A model generated the notes under the pieces. It saw nothing but the letters and a program-made list of their open reading frames with translations, had not been told where the DNA came from and ran no database searches. A stretch of 64,000 nt of DNA, from the NCBI RefSeq assembly GCF_009914755.1, contig NC_060926.1; one strand, 5' to 3'. Shown piece by piece: positions 47,559 to 59,785 of this stretch. Made by a program: the position numbers and the translations under genes. Positions within the stretch are counted from its first letter, which is position 1; every line of letters begins with the position of its first letter. This DNA is from the human T2T-CHM13v2.0 reference genome, Homo sapiens.

Positions 47559-48764
47559 CTACCCTCTGGTCAAAGACACTACCATTGCAATGGGAACAAA
47601 AGTATGAAGAAGGGAGGCACTGTGAAAGGAATACTATTAAATAACTCCAAAAGAATTCCTCCTAGAATACAGACTCTGCTTTATAGGACCTAAGACCATT
47701 TTAACAAAATACATTTATTGTGAAATGTCTATAAAATCCTGTAAGGAAATATTTGCGGGGCTGTGCCAGCATGAAGCCCTAAAGTTACTCATTCCATCTA
47801 CTTTGGGGTGTTTTCAAATACCCATGCCAAAGAGGCCCAATATTTATTTCCATAATTGTCTAAGTCCTTTTTGATACTCATTCCCCCTTCATCTTCACCT
47901 TTAAAAAAAAGATGATGGTGATGAATAAAAGTTATTTGGTATTCCTAATTCAATTTATGGAGAGAGCCCAGTAGGTAAAAAATAACAGCATTTGAGGAAA
48001 AAATTATTCCCTAAAAATATGTTTATACAGTGTTGTAAAATAAAGGGATTTGTAAAAATAGAGATGACTCTTTTTTAATTACAATAATAATGAAAATAGT
48101 AGAGGAACCAAAGAGCCTAGAATTAAAATTAATGGCACTATTGTTTAAAATAAGAGAACAGAAATAGATTCCATGTAAATCAGGTTTCTTTAAGCTTCTA
48201 ATTCCATTTAGCTTGGAAAGACAAGGAGAAAGAGAAGATAAAGCTACACATTTAAAACTGACAAAGGGCAGTACTTCTATGCAATTTATAATTAATCTAT
48301 GGGACCATGTGTCAGTAGAATTTATTGAGAAAAATAGTTTAGTGCTATTTTATAAGGGTAAGACATTAGAAGAAAAAGTATTGCTATTGAAGTTACACTA
48401 GCTAAGAAAATATTATAAGAGCTATTAATCATCAAGATTCAGGTCATAAGTTGGCTAGCAGCTGGAGTCAAGAAAAAACACTGCACAAATGGCCAGGTGA
48501 ATTGCGGGTGTTTTACATCTTTCTTCAGGTGTTTCACTTAAGTCACTGCTAATGGAAAGGATACTAAATGAAAGTCTCTTTCAGCCTAAAGTTTTACAGT
48601 ATTATGTTCTATCTGGTCACCCTATTTCAATAAGCAACCTACCACAACCCTCCAAAAAACTCTCCTCTGTATTAGGAGAAGGAAAATTTTCGTTCATCTT
48701 CTCCATGCAATTATCTACATGTGTACAAGCTGTAAATACTTTACTAAGTATTCACGTATTTTAT

Positions 48765-48920
48765 CAGTGGTCCTTAACCTGGGAAGCTTAAAGATGTATT
48801 GATATCTCAGTTCTATTATTGGAAATTCAGATTTATTTTGTCTAGGTTGCTACCTGGGCATAAAGATTTTTGAAACTTCCACAAGATTCTCATATGCAGC
48901 TGGGGTTGCAAGCCCAATGT
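48765..48920. mobile_element. MER5A-type DNA transposon fossil
   Basis: cagtggtccttaacctgg...cctgggcataaagattttt...gattctcatatgcagc. Confidence 0.65.
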
Positions 48921-50259
48921 GAAAGGCAATAGAACTGCCTCAAAGTACCCAAAATGAAGGTGCACACACGTGCAGACACATGGACACACACATACACACA
49001 CGCACCCCTCTTAACAATAATATCCTATAAAAGAAAGACAAATATGACCTGCATAATAAATGATTTATATGTCTTTTTACACACCATATAATTAGATTAC
49101 TTATCAATTACTTTTTAAAAATTGTTAAATTACCTATCTATAAGGATTTAAAAGCCATATAAGTAGAATTTGATACACTATCATTATATCTTAACTACAA
49201 GCCATGGAAAAACAGTGTCCAGCTACTCACCATACCATACTATACCAAATTTTCCCAATCATATTATCACATATTGTTCTTAGAATATTACTTTTTCTGT
49301 CATAAAGGTACAGTAATAGATAACTTACACAGACTTCAAAAGTGACAGTAGCATTACCATGATTAAAAGTCTGTCAGTCCTTTTTCACTCTAAGGCATTT
49401 TTTGGAGTCTTATAACCTGAACATTTGAGCGTGCTTCAGGCATAAACTTGACTTACCAGACCACAGGTGTAAACTTGAGTATCTATTCCTGATATATAGG
49501 TATGAAAATTATTTTATAACACAGATAACTAAATAAAGTTTGTTTTTTCCACATGGCCCATCATCAAATGAAAAGATGATTTTATCATCCTACTTAGAAC
49601 TTTAGATGATTACTTAGACCAAGGCTGTTTTAAGTCGGACAACTAATCTTTTTTGGTTTAGAGTTCCTCTTTGGATATATCTAAGAATATAAGGAAAACC
49701 AACTTCTCAGAAAAGTAAGAACACAGCACTATAGATTGAAATATGATCCATAATTTTTCAGTCCTTGTCTTTTTAATCTTAGAGTCATAGATCCAACTAA
49801 AAGCAAGCTTATGGTTTCATATTCTCTAAATTAGAGTGCAAGAAGATCTTTTACACCCATTGATACCAGTGCGTAATAAGAGGAAATAAAATAGGGAATA
49901 AGACAAAGATATAGGATCTAGAATCAAAATATCACAAGTTTAAAGTAATTTACAGATTACTTTAACCAAACTTGTAAGAATACAGGAATTCCCTCTAAAC
50001 AAACTAAAACATTGTTTTCTAGTCAAATAACTTGGATCCTATCAAAAGGACTACAAGAAACTGTCTCTGAGTTCTAACAACTCTATCCATAATGATTCTG
50101 GAAGACAGAAGAACATACAAATTATCCACACCCTAGACTGCTAGTAGAAGCGTTCTAAATTTCCTCCTCAACTATGCTTTAAACCCCCAGAATGTTCCTA
50201 TAGCCACTTTAGTTTATAAGAAGCAAGTGCCATACCAGTGATCTCAGTCTCATGTAACT

Positions 50260-50480
50260 TTGTGGTACAGTTATTAAGAACACACGCTTTGAAGCCAGAC
50301 ACATCAAAGTTTAACTTATGGTGTCATCATTCATTTGAAATGGGACTACAGGCAAATTACTTAACTTTATCTTCTCATATGTAAATGTGAGTTATAATAC
50401 CTAACATATTAGGTCATACGAATTAAATAAGATATGCAAAATGAATTTTACAGTACCTCGCTTATAAACTTATTTCTAAT
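50260..50480 (+). mobile_element. MIR SINE
   Basis: gctttgaagccagac...ggcaaattacttaac...cttctcatatgtaaatg...ataatacctaac. Confidence 0.7.
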
Positions 50481-52261
50481 ATTAACATTAGCAGGATGAA
50501 AGGGTCCATTTTCCTGATTTTATAGGCATTACTAAGCCACAGAGTGGAAGCTCTAGATAGAGGGTCAGTCTGAATGGGAAAGAACTGAAGAGCCATGGAG
50601 AAGCCACCATCACTGGGAGCTATCCCTGGTGCAGGTTTCAGAGCCAGGGCCCTATTATTCTATGTACCAAAGTTTATTCCTCAAACAAACCAAATTCCGG
50701 TGTTCAGTTCTCACCTTGATTTAGTAACAGGTTTCTGCTACCTTGTGTTCCTAAACTTAATTACCATTTGCTTCTCTCAGATGTTGATTTATTTTTCCAA
50801 ATGAAAACCCAATCTGACACCATTTGCTTCCTTTGCTAGACATTTTTGCATTGAAATTTTTGACATAAGGTTATATCTTTTTATCTCTAACCCCAACAAT
50901 GACAGTTACTAAAAAACGGTCAATGTTCTTTTCCCCTAAACTTTTCTTAGGAAAACTTACATATGTCTGGAAGAGTAATTAAAATTAATCCAAAGGTTTG
51001 AAAAGAATTCAGAGTATTGCTAAGTCATCCCAGGAAACTAGCAGCCAAGTCTTGGAGCTAGAAAATATAGCACAGGTATAAGCACTACTTTTGCCATGCC
51101 CATGGCAGACATTACTAATCTATCATAGAATTCGTTTTTAATTCTGAACATCTTAGAATCCTCGACAAGCTCCAGCCATTAAGAGCCAAAAATGCCATGC
51201 AAATAGAAGCCTATCATCCCCGAGTTAGTATGAACATGTGAGTTTTTTTAAAAGAAGGCTTTTTTTTTTCTTTTTAAGTCTCAACTGGAACACTGAGCAT
51301 ACATTTATGATTTGAAGAGGCTAGAAGCACCCTTACATTTTAGTTACATAGCATGTAATACATGGTTATTAAAGAATCAGAGCTTCTCTTCTAAGACTGG
51401 AGGTGTTAGCCTTATGTCCTGGATAAATTCCAACTTAGGTAATTACATTCTGCTTACCTCAACCCCCTAGCAATTTTTTCAAGTGAATCCACTATTATCC
51501 TTCACTTCGTACCCTAACCTGCTGTGTAGTGTTGTGATGAGCTGTTAAACAGCTGCCATGCTTCACTCTACAATGGTGACTGTGCTGCACTGTATAATTT
51601 GTAACCATTCTCAGTGTGCTTTGGAATCTTTCAGGATGAAAGTGTTACCCTAAAATGCAAGATATCATCATCATTTTAAAGACATACAGTACAACTGCTT
51701 ATTTCAGTTAAATTCAGCATAACATATTTAGAAAATACCTTATTTCATGAAAAACCATAAAACTAGGTTAAAATACCCATGAAACATGCTACAAAGATTA
51801 TATGAAAAGGTATTTAAAGAAAGCAAACTATTTATCAACTATATGAATATTCTGCCAAAGAAAGGAATAGTAGGAAGAACAAATGCTTAAGACATTTTTA
51901 TTTGAAAATACATCTGCCTTATCAGATGGTAAAAATTCCCAATGTCACCCAAGAAAAACAGTGAAGAGAAAAATTGAACGTTAAGTCAATGGGAAATGGA
52001 GGAATGCCAACACGTATGGAGAAAGAGATCAAGGATAAATACAATTTTTAACATTTTCTTATTTTTCATCAGGATAGCCAGAAAATTATACAAATTCATT
52101 TTCTTGGAGACATAATTTTTTACTATAGATTGCCTGAGGACACTTGCAGACAGGAATATAATTTTGGCAATACTGAAAATGGTGTCATGATGCAACCAAG
52201 AGAGGCTACTGAAGGTATGTGGACCTTCCACAGTTTGTAATTTGGTAGAACTGCTTTCAGT

Positions 52262-52455
52262 CAGTGGCTCTCAACCTTGGTTTCACAGTAGAATAACTTG
52301 TGAACTTAAAAAAAAAAACAATAACAACAAGAAACAAACAAACAAACACCTGGTTCCAACCCCAGATATTCTGACTTAACAGACTCAGAGATCAGGACTT
52401 TTTAAAGCTCTCCAGGTGATTATGATGTCCACTTAACATAGAAAAACCACTGCTA
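52262..52455. mobile_element. MER5A-type DNA transposon fossil
   Basis: cagtggctctcaaccttgg...aaagctctccaggtgattatgatg...aaccactg terminal inverted repeats. Confidence 0.8.
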
Positions 52456-52560
52456 TGAGCTATATTTTACCAACCTGGTTATGATTGTGGTTTGACTGGC
52501 TTTTACTTAAGGCAGAAAAACCAATCACAGTATGTATTTGAGGGGATGCATACAGTCATA

Positions 52561-52768
52561 CACTAAGTCCTCACTTAACGGCTTCAATAGGTTCTTGGAA
52601 AGTACAATTTTAAGTGAAACAATACACAAAATCATTTTTTTCCCTCATCAACTTTAAAACAAAACAACATTGAATAAAATGGTATTATTTGAGGACCAGC
52701 TGTATGTTGTTTCACTTAAAGTCACAGTTTCCAAGAACCTACTGATAATGTTAAGTGGGGGTTTACTG
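52561..52768. mobile_element. MER6-family (TcMar-Tigger) MITE with long inverted arms
   Basis: TA TSDs; cactaagtcctcacttaac...ggttcttggaaa arm and its reverse complement tttccaagaacctac...gttaagtgggggtttactg. Confidence 0.8.
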
Positions 52769-53397
52769 TACTTCATTAATACAGGCCACACAACTAGACC
52801 CCAAAGGCATGTTTCGTGGAGTGATACTTCATCAACTGGGAGGAGAAAGGCTCTATCACCTAAGGACTATATTTTTGAAGGGTCAAAATTCTAATGTAAT
52901 CTTTTTGGTAATAACTAGAAGGCTTTTTGAACCCGACACAAGTTAGCTCTGGGTATATTATTTGTGCTAAACTGTAAAATCTTATACTAACTTTTTTTCT
53001 GACAAATACATCTAAGACATACTCTCTCTTTTTAGAACACACACAAAAAATCTATTAACACATTAACGCTTACCTGCATATTAATCATCTACCTACAGTT
53101 AGAAGTAATGCACCCTCAACCCAACCCGCACATTCAGGACATATAAAAGAAATACTTACAAGCATGAAGAGAAACAGGTTTTCAATCAGAGTCAAGTACT
53201 CAAAGATTACATATAATGATATGAATAGCTGATTGTTATTGATCATAACAGCCCTCTTCCACAGTGCTAATGCTGAATAACAGCCACTAAATAAAACATA
53301 ACAAACACACACAAAAAAAATGTAAACAAAACAGAGCAGGTGAAACCTACCCATAAGCAGCAGGAAAGGGTCATGAGTATCCCAAGTTCTATAAAAG

Positions 53398-53466
53398 GAC
53401 TAGACTTACATTGCAAAAAGTTGCTGAAAATGACTAGGACTTACATTGTAAAAAGTTATTGAATTG
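53398..53466. repeat. 34-bp tandem duplication
   Basis: gactagacttacattgcaaaaagttgctgaaaat followed by gactaggacttacattgtaaaaagttattgaatt. Confidence 0.8.
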
Positions 53467-55625
53467 AATTAAGTTAGTCATGAGGGAAGAGATGGAAGAA
53501 CACACTGACAAAACATGGTAGTGGTATGTGGATTATCCATACAATAGCAAATTGAGTCATATACTTTAATAATCCCTCAAAGCATCAGAAATTGAGGTAG
53601 CAACAAAAAGAGGTCAGTTTAGATGCCTGTGAGTGGCGATTAAAGTTGATAAAGTGAAACAGAGGAGTAGGTGTGACCTTATACATGGGAAGGGCAGAGA
53701 GATGTGCAGGGAATATATTCCACACTTTACCTATGTTCTCTCTCACATGATCCTCACTTGATCTCTAGGACTTAATGTTAGAGAATCTAAGAGTCTGAAC
53801 AGGTGACATAAGTTGACCAAGATACACATCTAGAAAGTGGCTAAGACTGGAACCCAAGTCTGACTCCTAAGTTTATGTTCTTCCCCCTGTACCACATTAT
53901 AACACATGAAACTCTCCCTTACCCTATCCCATACTCTGAACTGACCAGAACATCAGCCCACGCCTCATGACGTCAGCCAGCTATCCCAACAGGACTCAGG
54001 GATAAAAAGAAGGATTCACCTGATAGCCACAGGAAGAGGCAGAACAGGAGTGTTGCTACAGCCACCCTGCAATGGAAAATTTAAATAGGCTCTGAAGACA
54101 AACCTGGAGGGAGAGCTTAGGAAAAAAATTTATTCATAAAAGATAAATAATTTATATAAAACTTGCAAAGAGAAAGCATTAAAAATTTTGATGGTTGTAC
54201 ATAATACTGATTCACTCAGGATCTGTGGTATCAAATCTCAGAAAAGAGAGACAAGAAAATAACTTACAGGTTCTGAGTTTCAAATGCTGGAAACTCTTAT
54301 TCCTCACTCTTCAAATAAGTTTTATATGAGTAGCCCAGTGTTTACTGGAAGAACAAAATACGCTATCAGCAAGTGGAGTTCACTGAGTCATATGCATTTT
54401 CATCTCAAAATGAGTTACAGATCAGAGAAATAAAATTATTTTCAGTGAAAAATAGCCACAAGTTGTGATGCAACTGAAATATTTGAGACTCTTCTAAGAA
54501 ATTTCTGAATACCATCTATTCCTGAAGAAATGGATCTATTTTGTCAATGTTGACTAATCCTATTCTACTAACTACTAATGCAGTGAATGACTCTAGTACC
54601 ACATTTCTAACAATTTCATGAAGTTTTTTCTCTTTGCTTCTAAATTCTGATTCTGCTGCCATAGTGCTCTAACAATCTCAGGTAAACACCTCTCTACTGT
54701 AGTTTCCCCAGCTATCAGATAACAGATTTGGATGGGAAGATTTCTAAAGTTTTTATTTCATAGATACCCTTCCAGTTCTGAAAAGTTCTAATTCTATTCT
54801 TTCATTAAAACAAAATCGACTGTCTAAAACTGAAAAGAGAATGAACCTGTCTACAGTGGAAATGTAGTTGACATTTTTGTCTGATTTTTCTATTTTAGTT
54901 AATAATACAAGAATTTTCAAAAACTTATGAATTGTTTTGAGTTCACTCACCCCCCACCCCTTGTCTTCTCCTTGTCTTTTGTTTCCAACAGAATTTATCA
55001 CTCAATCCTGGGCATTCTACTGTCCCACTGTCTCTTTTAATTCCATTCTCACAGCATGAGACAGAAGTTCCCTCTTCAATTAATGGAAAATAATTATAAT
55101 ATGCACTTAAGGATTCCGTATTATAAAATAAGTTTTGATATTATAAAAATGAAATATAGTAGCTTTGAATAGACCCATCTTTTACTCATAGATGACTTGG
55201 TCTGCTCAAGGTGTCAGTAGTTAGTCAATAAGGCAGATTTGCACTGGATTTGAAATAGGTGGGTGTCCAAAACAGATAAATCAGCTCTCTAAATGTAAAT
55301 AAATTTAGAGGTACAGGCCAGACTCATGAACTCAAGAGCTGATGACAGGAACAGGAAGCACATTCCCAACTAGGGACTGAATTTCAAATGAGGACTATAT
55401 TTCCATGGACACATGAAAATATACAGGAGAGAAGAGGTGCTAAAATGTTATTTCTTCTCTTGATGCCCACTAATTATAGGTAAATTTTAGTGTGTGACCA
55501 AGGAAGAAATAAGGAAGAACTTCTACAATTTTCATTTCATGGCTATTTAAGAAACAGGACCAAGATTCCAGTTTGGAACAACAGGCAAGAAAATATGAAT
55601 TTACTGAAGGAGGGCCAAGTATTTA

Positions 55626-55733
55626 AACATTTCCCAGCATTCTAAAATACAACACTAAACAATCAGAATTAATTCTGTACTGATCAATCCACTTACCATC
55701 ATTCATCACCCATGTGGAATGTATGAATATCAT
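55626..55733 (+). repeat. 108-bp local duplication, copy 1
   Basis: Ungapped match to 58442-58549 with 7 mismatches. Confidence 0.93.
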
Positions 55734-56614
55734 TTGTGCAGCTAGTGAGCTCACCTTAATTAAAAAGAATTATAACTAGATATCCTATATGAAGTTCTCA
55801 CTGTTATTTTTACAAAATGTTTTAAAGTACCACATTTAATAGTACTGATAAACAGAAATCTTCCAAACACAGAGAAAAATATTTTATAACTAGTTTCATG
55901 AGAACACTTACTAATAAAAATAAATTCGTAGACAACATTGAGTCAAATATAGTAAGAACAAAACAACCAAACTTAAGGAAAGCATATCATTTCTTTTTGT
56001 AAATGGATTTGAGACATCATTTATTGAAAAATAACATAGTAGGAAGGCTTTCTTTTTCAATATCTTCAAAGTTAATTTTTTGAATCTCATGATACAGGGC
56101 TGACTAATTTCTGGAAAAAAAAAAAAAAAAAGAATAAACCTGTAATAGTAATTTACACTTTTCCCAGCCACCCCCACAGGGGAAAGCCTATCTTTTCTAA
56201 TCACTCACAGAAGCACCTCTATAGATAGCTGGTAATGATATAAACCTTACAGAGGTAAGAAAGTTCTGTAATTCACCTCCTATTAGGCCAAAAGTGCAGA
56301 AGACCCTCAAAACATACAACAGAAGTGCACACATAGAAAAGTACTTGGATCTAATATTCTTAGCAATGTTTCTAAGAAGAATTTTGGCACTCAGTACAGC
56401 ATAGTAAGGTAGTTAGTACTAGAGAAAGCAACTGTTAATCAAAAAACACAAAACACTAAGTTGACATAAAGTAAACATCATATGATACTCCTAAAAATAC
56501 TGAAGTTGAGCTGGATTACAATTTGTGGCAGAGCTCTGGCTCTACAGAAAATTAAAGACATTACATATAGGTTAATGAAAGAACAATATCATTTTGTGAA
56601 CACACAAATTAAAA

Positions 56615-56875
56615 ATAATAACAACAATCATTTATTTAGTGCTTACTATAGCTCAAGAATTTTGCCAAGTATCTTACACACAATACCTCATTTAATTCTC
56701 ACAACAATGTAACATGACTGAAATTACTCCCCCTACTTGACCAGTAAGAGAAAAAAATGAGGTGGCAAAGGTCAAGCAACTTTATTAACAGCAGCCACTG
56801 GTTATCAGAAGACATGGTATTGAAACAGCTCTGTCTGACATCAAAGTCAGTTTTCTTAGGCACTACACCACACTG
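56615..56875 (-). mobile_element. MIR SINE, near full length
   Basis: aataataacaac...atttagtgcttactat...ctcatttaattctcacaacaa...aggtcaagcaactt...tctgtctgacatcaaagtc...cactacaccacactg. Confidence 0.8.
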
Positions 56876-57199
56876 TCTTATCAACATACAGTACTTCATC
56901 TCATGATTCTCTATCCAAAGTGACCAAAAGCAATTATGTTATTGAACTCTGAGAAGACAAAGAGAAGAGTAATTCAATATACTCCTGCTTACCCAGAAAT
57001 AAAGAGTTGAAAAGATCTGATGGTTTTACAAATTTTGCACTCAGTTTTTATCAATCAGTAATAAATGATAAGAAACAATTATATTTATTTGAAAAAAATA
57101 ATTTGAGCAGTATCAAGTATGTCAAACGAAAGGGCAAATCCAACCAAACCTTCTGCAAATGCAGGTCAATATAACAAATCACACTTCCTGCAGGTCAGC

Positions 57200-57725
57200 T
57201 CCATCTAAACGAGGCTCTGACTCATCTCTGACTCAATATATACAACGTTGAATTCACCATCTTTATATCAGCAAATCTGTTTCTCAATTCCAATAGCACA
57301 GATCTTCCCCCAGTCACTATAATCAATACTTCGAAATCTCCCGGACACTCCTCCATCAAGTTGTCACATCAACTTGCCAAGTGTATGACCAGTTTATTTG
57401 TGTGCTTCCTCCTTTTCATTGTTATGCCAGTTCTCCAGTTCATCTCCAATAACCTATTCTAGTAGTTTTTTCACTTGTTTCTCTGTTTCTTATCTCCTTT
57501 TCCATCAATATTCTACTCATGGATACCAAGTTATCCATGCTGTAGTGTAACAGTGGCTACCAAATGACTATAGGCCAAAGTCTAAATTCCTTAGTCTTAA
57601 TCCCATCTATAGTCTTACCACCTCCTCACACAACTAAGTCAAAGATAATTAATCTTCTCTAGATCCAATGACCATTTACTTTCACAATTCTGTGTACCTA
57701 TATTCTGTCTTCATAATGTGCCCTC
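57200..57725 (+). mobile_element. L2 LINE fragment(s)
   Basis: Pyrimidine-rich decayed L2 3' region (cagtggctaccaaatgactataggccaaagtctaaattccttag); boundaries approximate. Confidence 0.55.
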
Positions 57726-57769
57726 TCACTCACTCTAACTCACCTCCATTCCCTAACAGCAAGAAATAA

Positions 57770-57980
57770 CATGGCATTAATAGAAGTAAGTATTAGAGTA
57801 AGACAGTTTGGGTAGCTAAGCAATTTCAGGCAAGCTTAACCTTCTGAACCTCGGTTTCCTCACTTGCAAAATGAGGTTAATACTACCTAGCTTCCAGGGG
57901 ATTGGTAAAGATGAAAAGTAATGTACATAAAGTGTGTGCCCAGAAAAGGCACTTGATAAAGGATATCCATTATGATTATG
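57770..57980 (+). mobile_element. MIR SINE
   Basis: ggcaagcttaaccttctgaacctcggtttcctcacttgcaaaatgaggttaatactacct core. Confidence 0.8.
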
Positions 57981-58441
57981 CCCAAAGCTTGGTGAGTCTT
58001 AGTGCCCAGCTCAAATGCCATAAAAATCACATCGTTTTTACTATCTGAACATGCCTGAATATTCAGGTGAATATATTCAGGTGAATATTCACCTGAATAT
58101 GCCTATTATTTCTACAAAGATCTTAACCTGAAGATTAAAAACTCTGTCTTATTTATCCTTATATCCCAGAATATCTTGTATTTAGCACATAAATAACAAA
58201 CTTTTAATAGATGTTGGGTGAACAAGGGCATATATAAAACCTCAAAGAATTAAATTACTGGGAAGTAAATTTCATTACACCTAATTTTTTGAGGCATATT
58301 TTAAAAGAATTTTCTACATAACAAAATCTTTTATCAGGAATTTATTAGGGAATGAGCCACTCTGGCTAAGAGATTATTCTGGTAGCTTACTTTTCAATGG
58401 TATGTTCCAAATTGTTTATTTTTTAATGGAAAACTTCACAG

Positions 58442-58549
58442 AACATTTCCCAGCATTCTAAAATAGAATACTAAACAACTAGAATTACTTCTGTACTGAT
58501 CAATCCACTCATCATCATTCATCACCCATGTGGAATGTATGAATATCAT
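58442..58549 (+). repeat. 108-bp local duplication, copy 2
   Basis: Ungapped match to 55626-55733 with 7 mismatches. Confidence 0.93.
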
Positions 58550-59136
58550 AGCCGCTGGGCAGATGTCACAGAACAGCTGTACATGTGACCTTTCATGTCA
58601 CATGACACAGTACTCACATTGCTAAGTTACAACATTTGGCTGCCGTCATATGGGTTGGTAGAATATAAGACAGTCTCTATCTTTTTATTTACTTGAATTA
58701 GTGATAAACTTTAGATCTACAGAATTACTAGAGTTTTCAGAATTTTGTTCCCCTTTGCTTTTCAGGTTGGAGTCATGTTGAATGGACAAACTTGCCAAAA
58801 AGCCGATCAATAGATAACAAAAATGGTGATAATGAAAGTACTAATAAAGCTACTAAAATCTGCCAAAAAGTTGTAGGTTGTAGTCAGCACATTACAAAAA
58901 TCATCTCAATCCTCATAACACACCTAAGGTGGGGGGCTGCTATTTCAATTTTCAGTTTACAAATTCAATATTCAATTTTCAGTTTACAAATGAGAAAACT
59001 GAGGCTCTGGAAGGTTTAGTGATTTGCCCTAGGCTGAACAGTGGTAGTTAGAGGTAGAACGCAAACTGGAAACCCTGTATACTGTACTACTGATTTACAT
59101 CTTTTAATACAGCATTACCCAAAATGGAATGACTGG

Positions 59137-59138
<2 letters not shown>

Positions 59139-59192
<54 letters not shown>

Positions 59193-59639
59193 ATATAATA
59201 TATATATAAATATATATAATATAAATTTATATATATATATTTATATATACATATATAAATATATATTTATATTTATATATAAATATATATAAATATATAT
59301 AAATATATATTTATATATACATATATAAATATATATGTTCATATAAATATATATGTATATATACATATATAAATATATATTATATATGTATATATATAAT
59401 ATAATATATAATAATAATATAATATATATTATATAAATATAATATATTATATATAATATATATAATATATAATATATAATATATAATATATAATATATAT
59501 TATATATTATATAATATATAAAATATATATTATATAATATATATACATAATATATATAAATAAATATATATAAAGATATAAAGATATAAATATAAATATT
59601 ATAATAAAAATAAATATAAATACAAATATATATATATAT
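59139..59639. repeat. About 500-bp (TA)n-rich simple repeat, starting with pure (AT)24
   Basis: Direct reading; almost only A and T. Confidence 0.97.
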
Positions 59640-59669
59640 GACTGACAACCAAACTCTCTTTTAACAAAG

Positions 59670-59785
59670 ATAATTAAGAGGAAAATGGTTACAACCTAAC
59701 ACAGCATGAAAGATTTATATTAGATATAAAGGAGATTTCTTGACAGTGAGTAGTGTTATACATTAGAATAATCTATCAAAAGTTT
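59670..59785 (+). mobile_element. L3/CR1 3'-end fragment
   Basis: aagaggaaaatggtt...agatttatattagatataaaggagatttcttgacagtgag resembles the CR1 3' consensus. Confidence 0.55.

Noticed and set aside
53968-53975. Perfect CRE palindrome TGACGTCA with intact CpG
   Set aside because: A single 8-mer without supporting promoter context is not enough to call a regulatory element
55660-55715. Box C (GTGATGA) and box D (CTGA) on the minus strand in the duplicated segment, suggesting a snoRNA pair
   Set aside because: The span is only about 47 nt, there is no terminal stem, and the CTGA is not kept in copy 2
59241-59648. 135-aa Ile/Tyr-rich ORF, and Lys/Arg/Glu-rich ORFs at 62266-62589
   Set aside because: Translations of simple repeats
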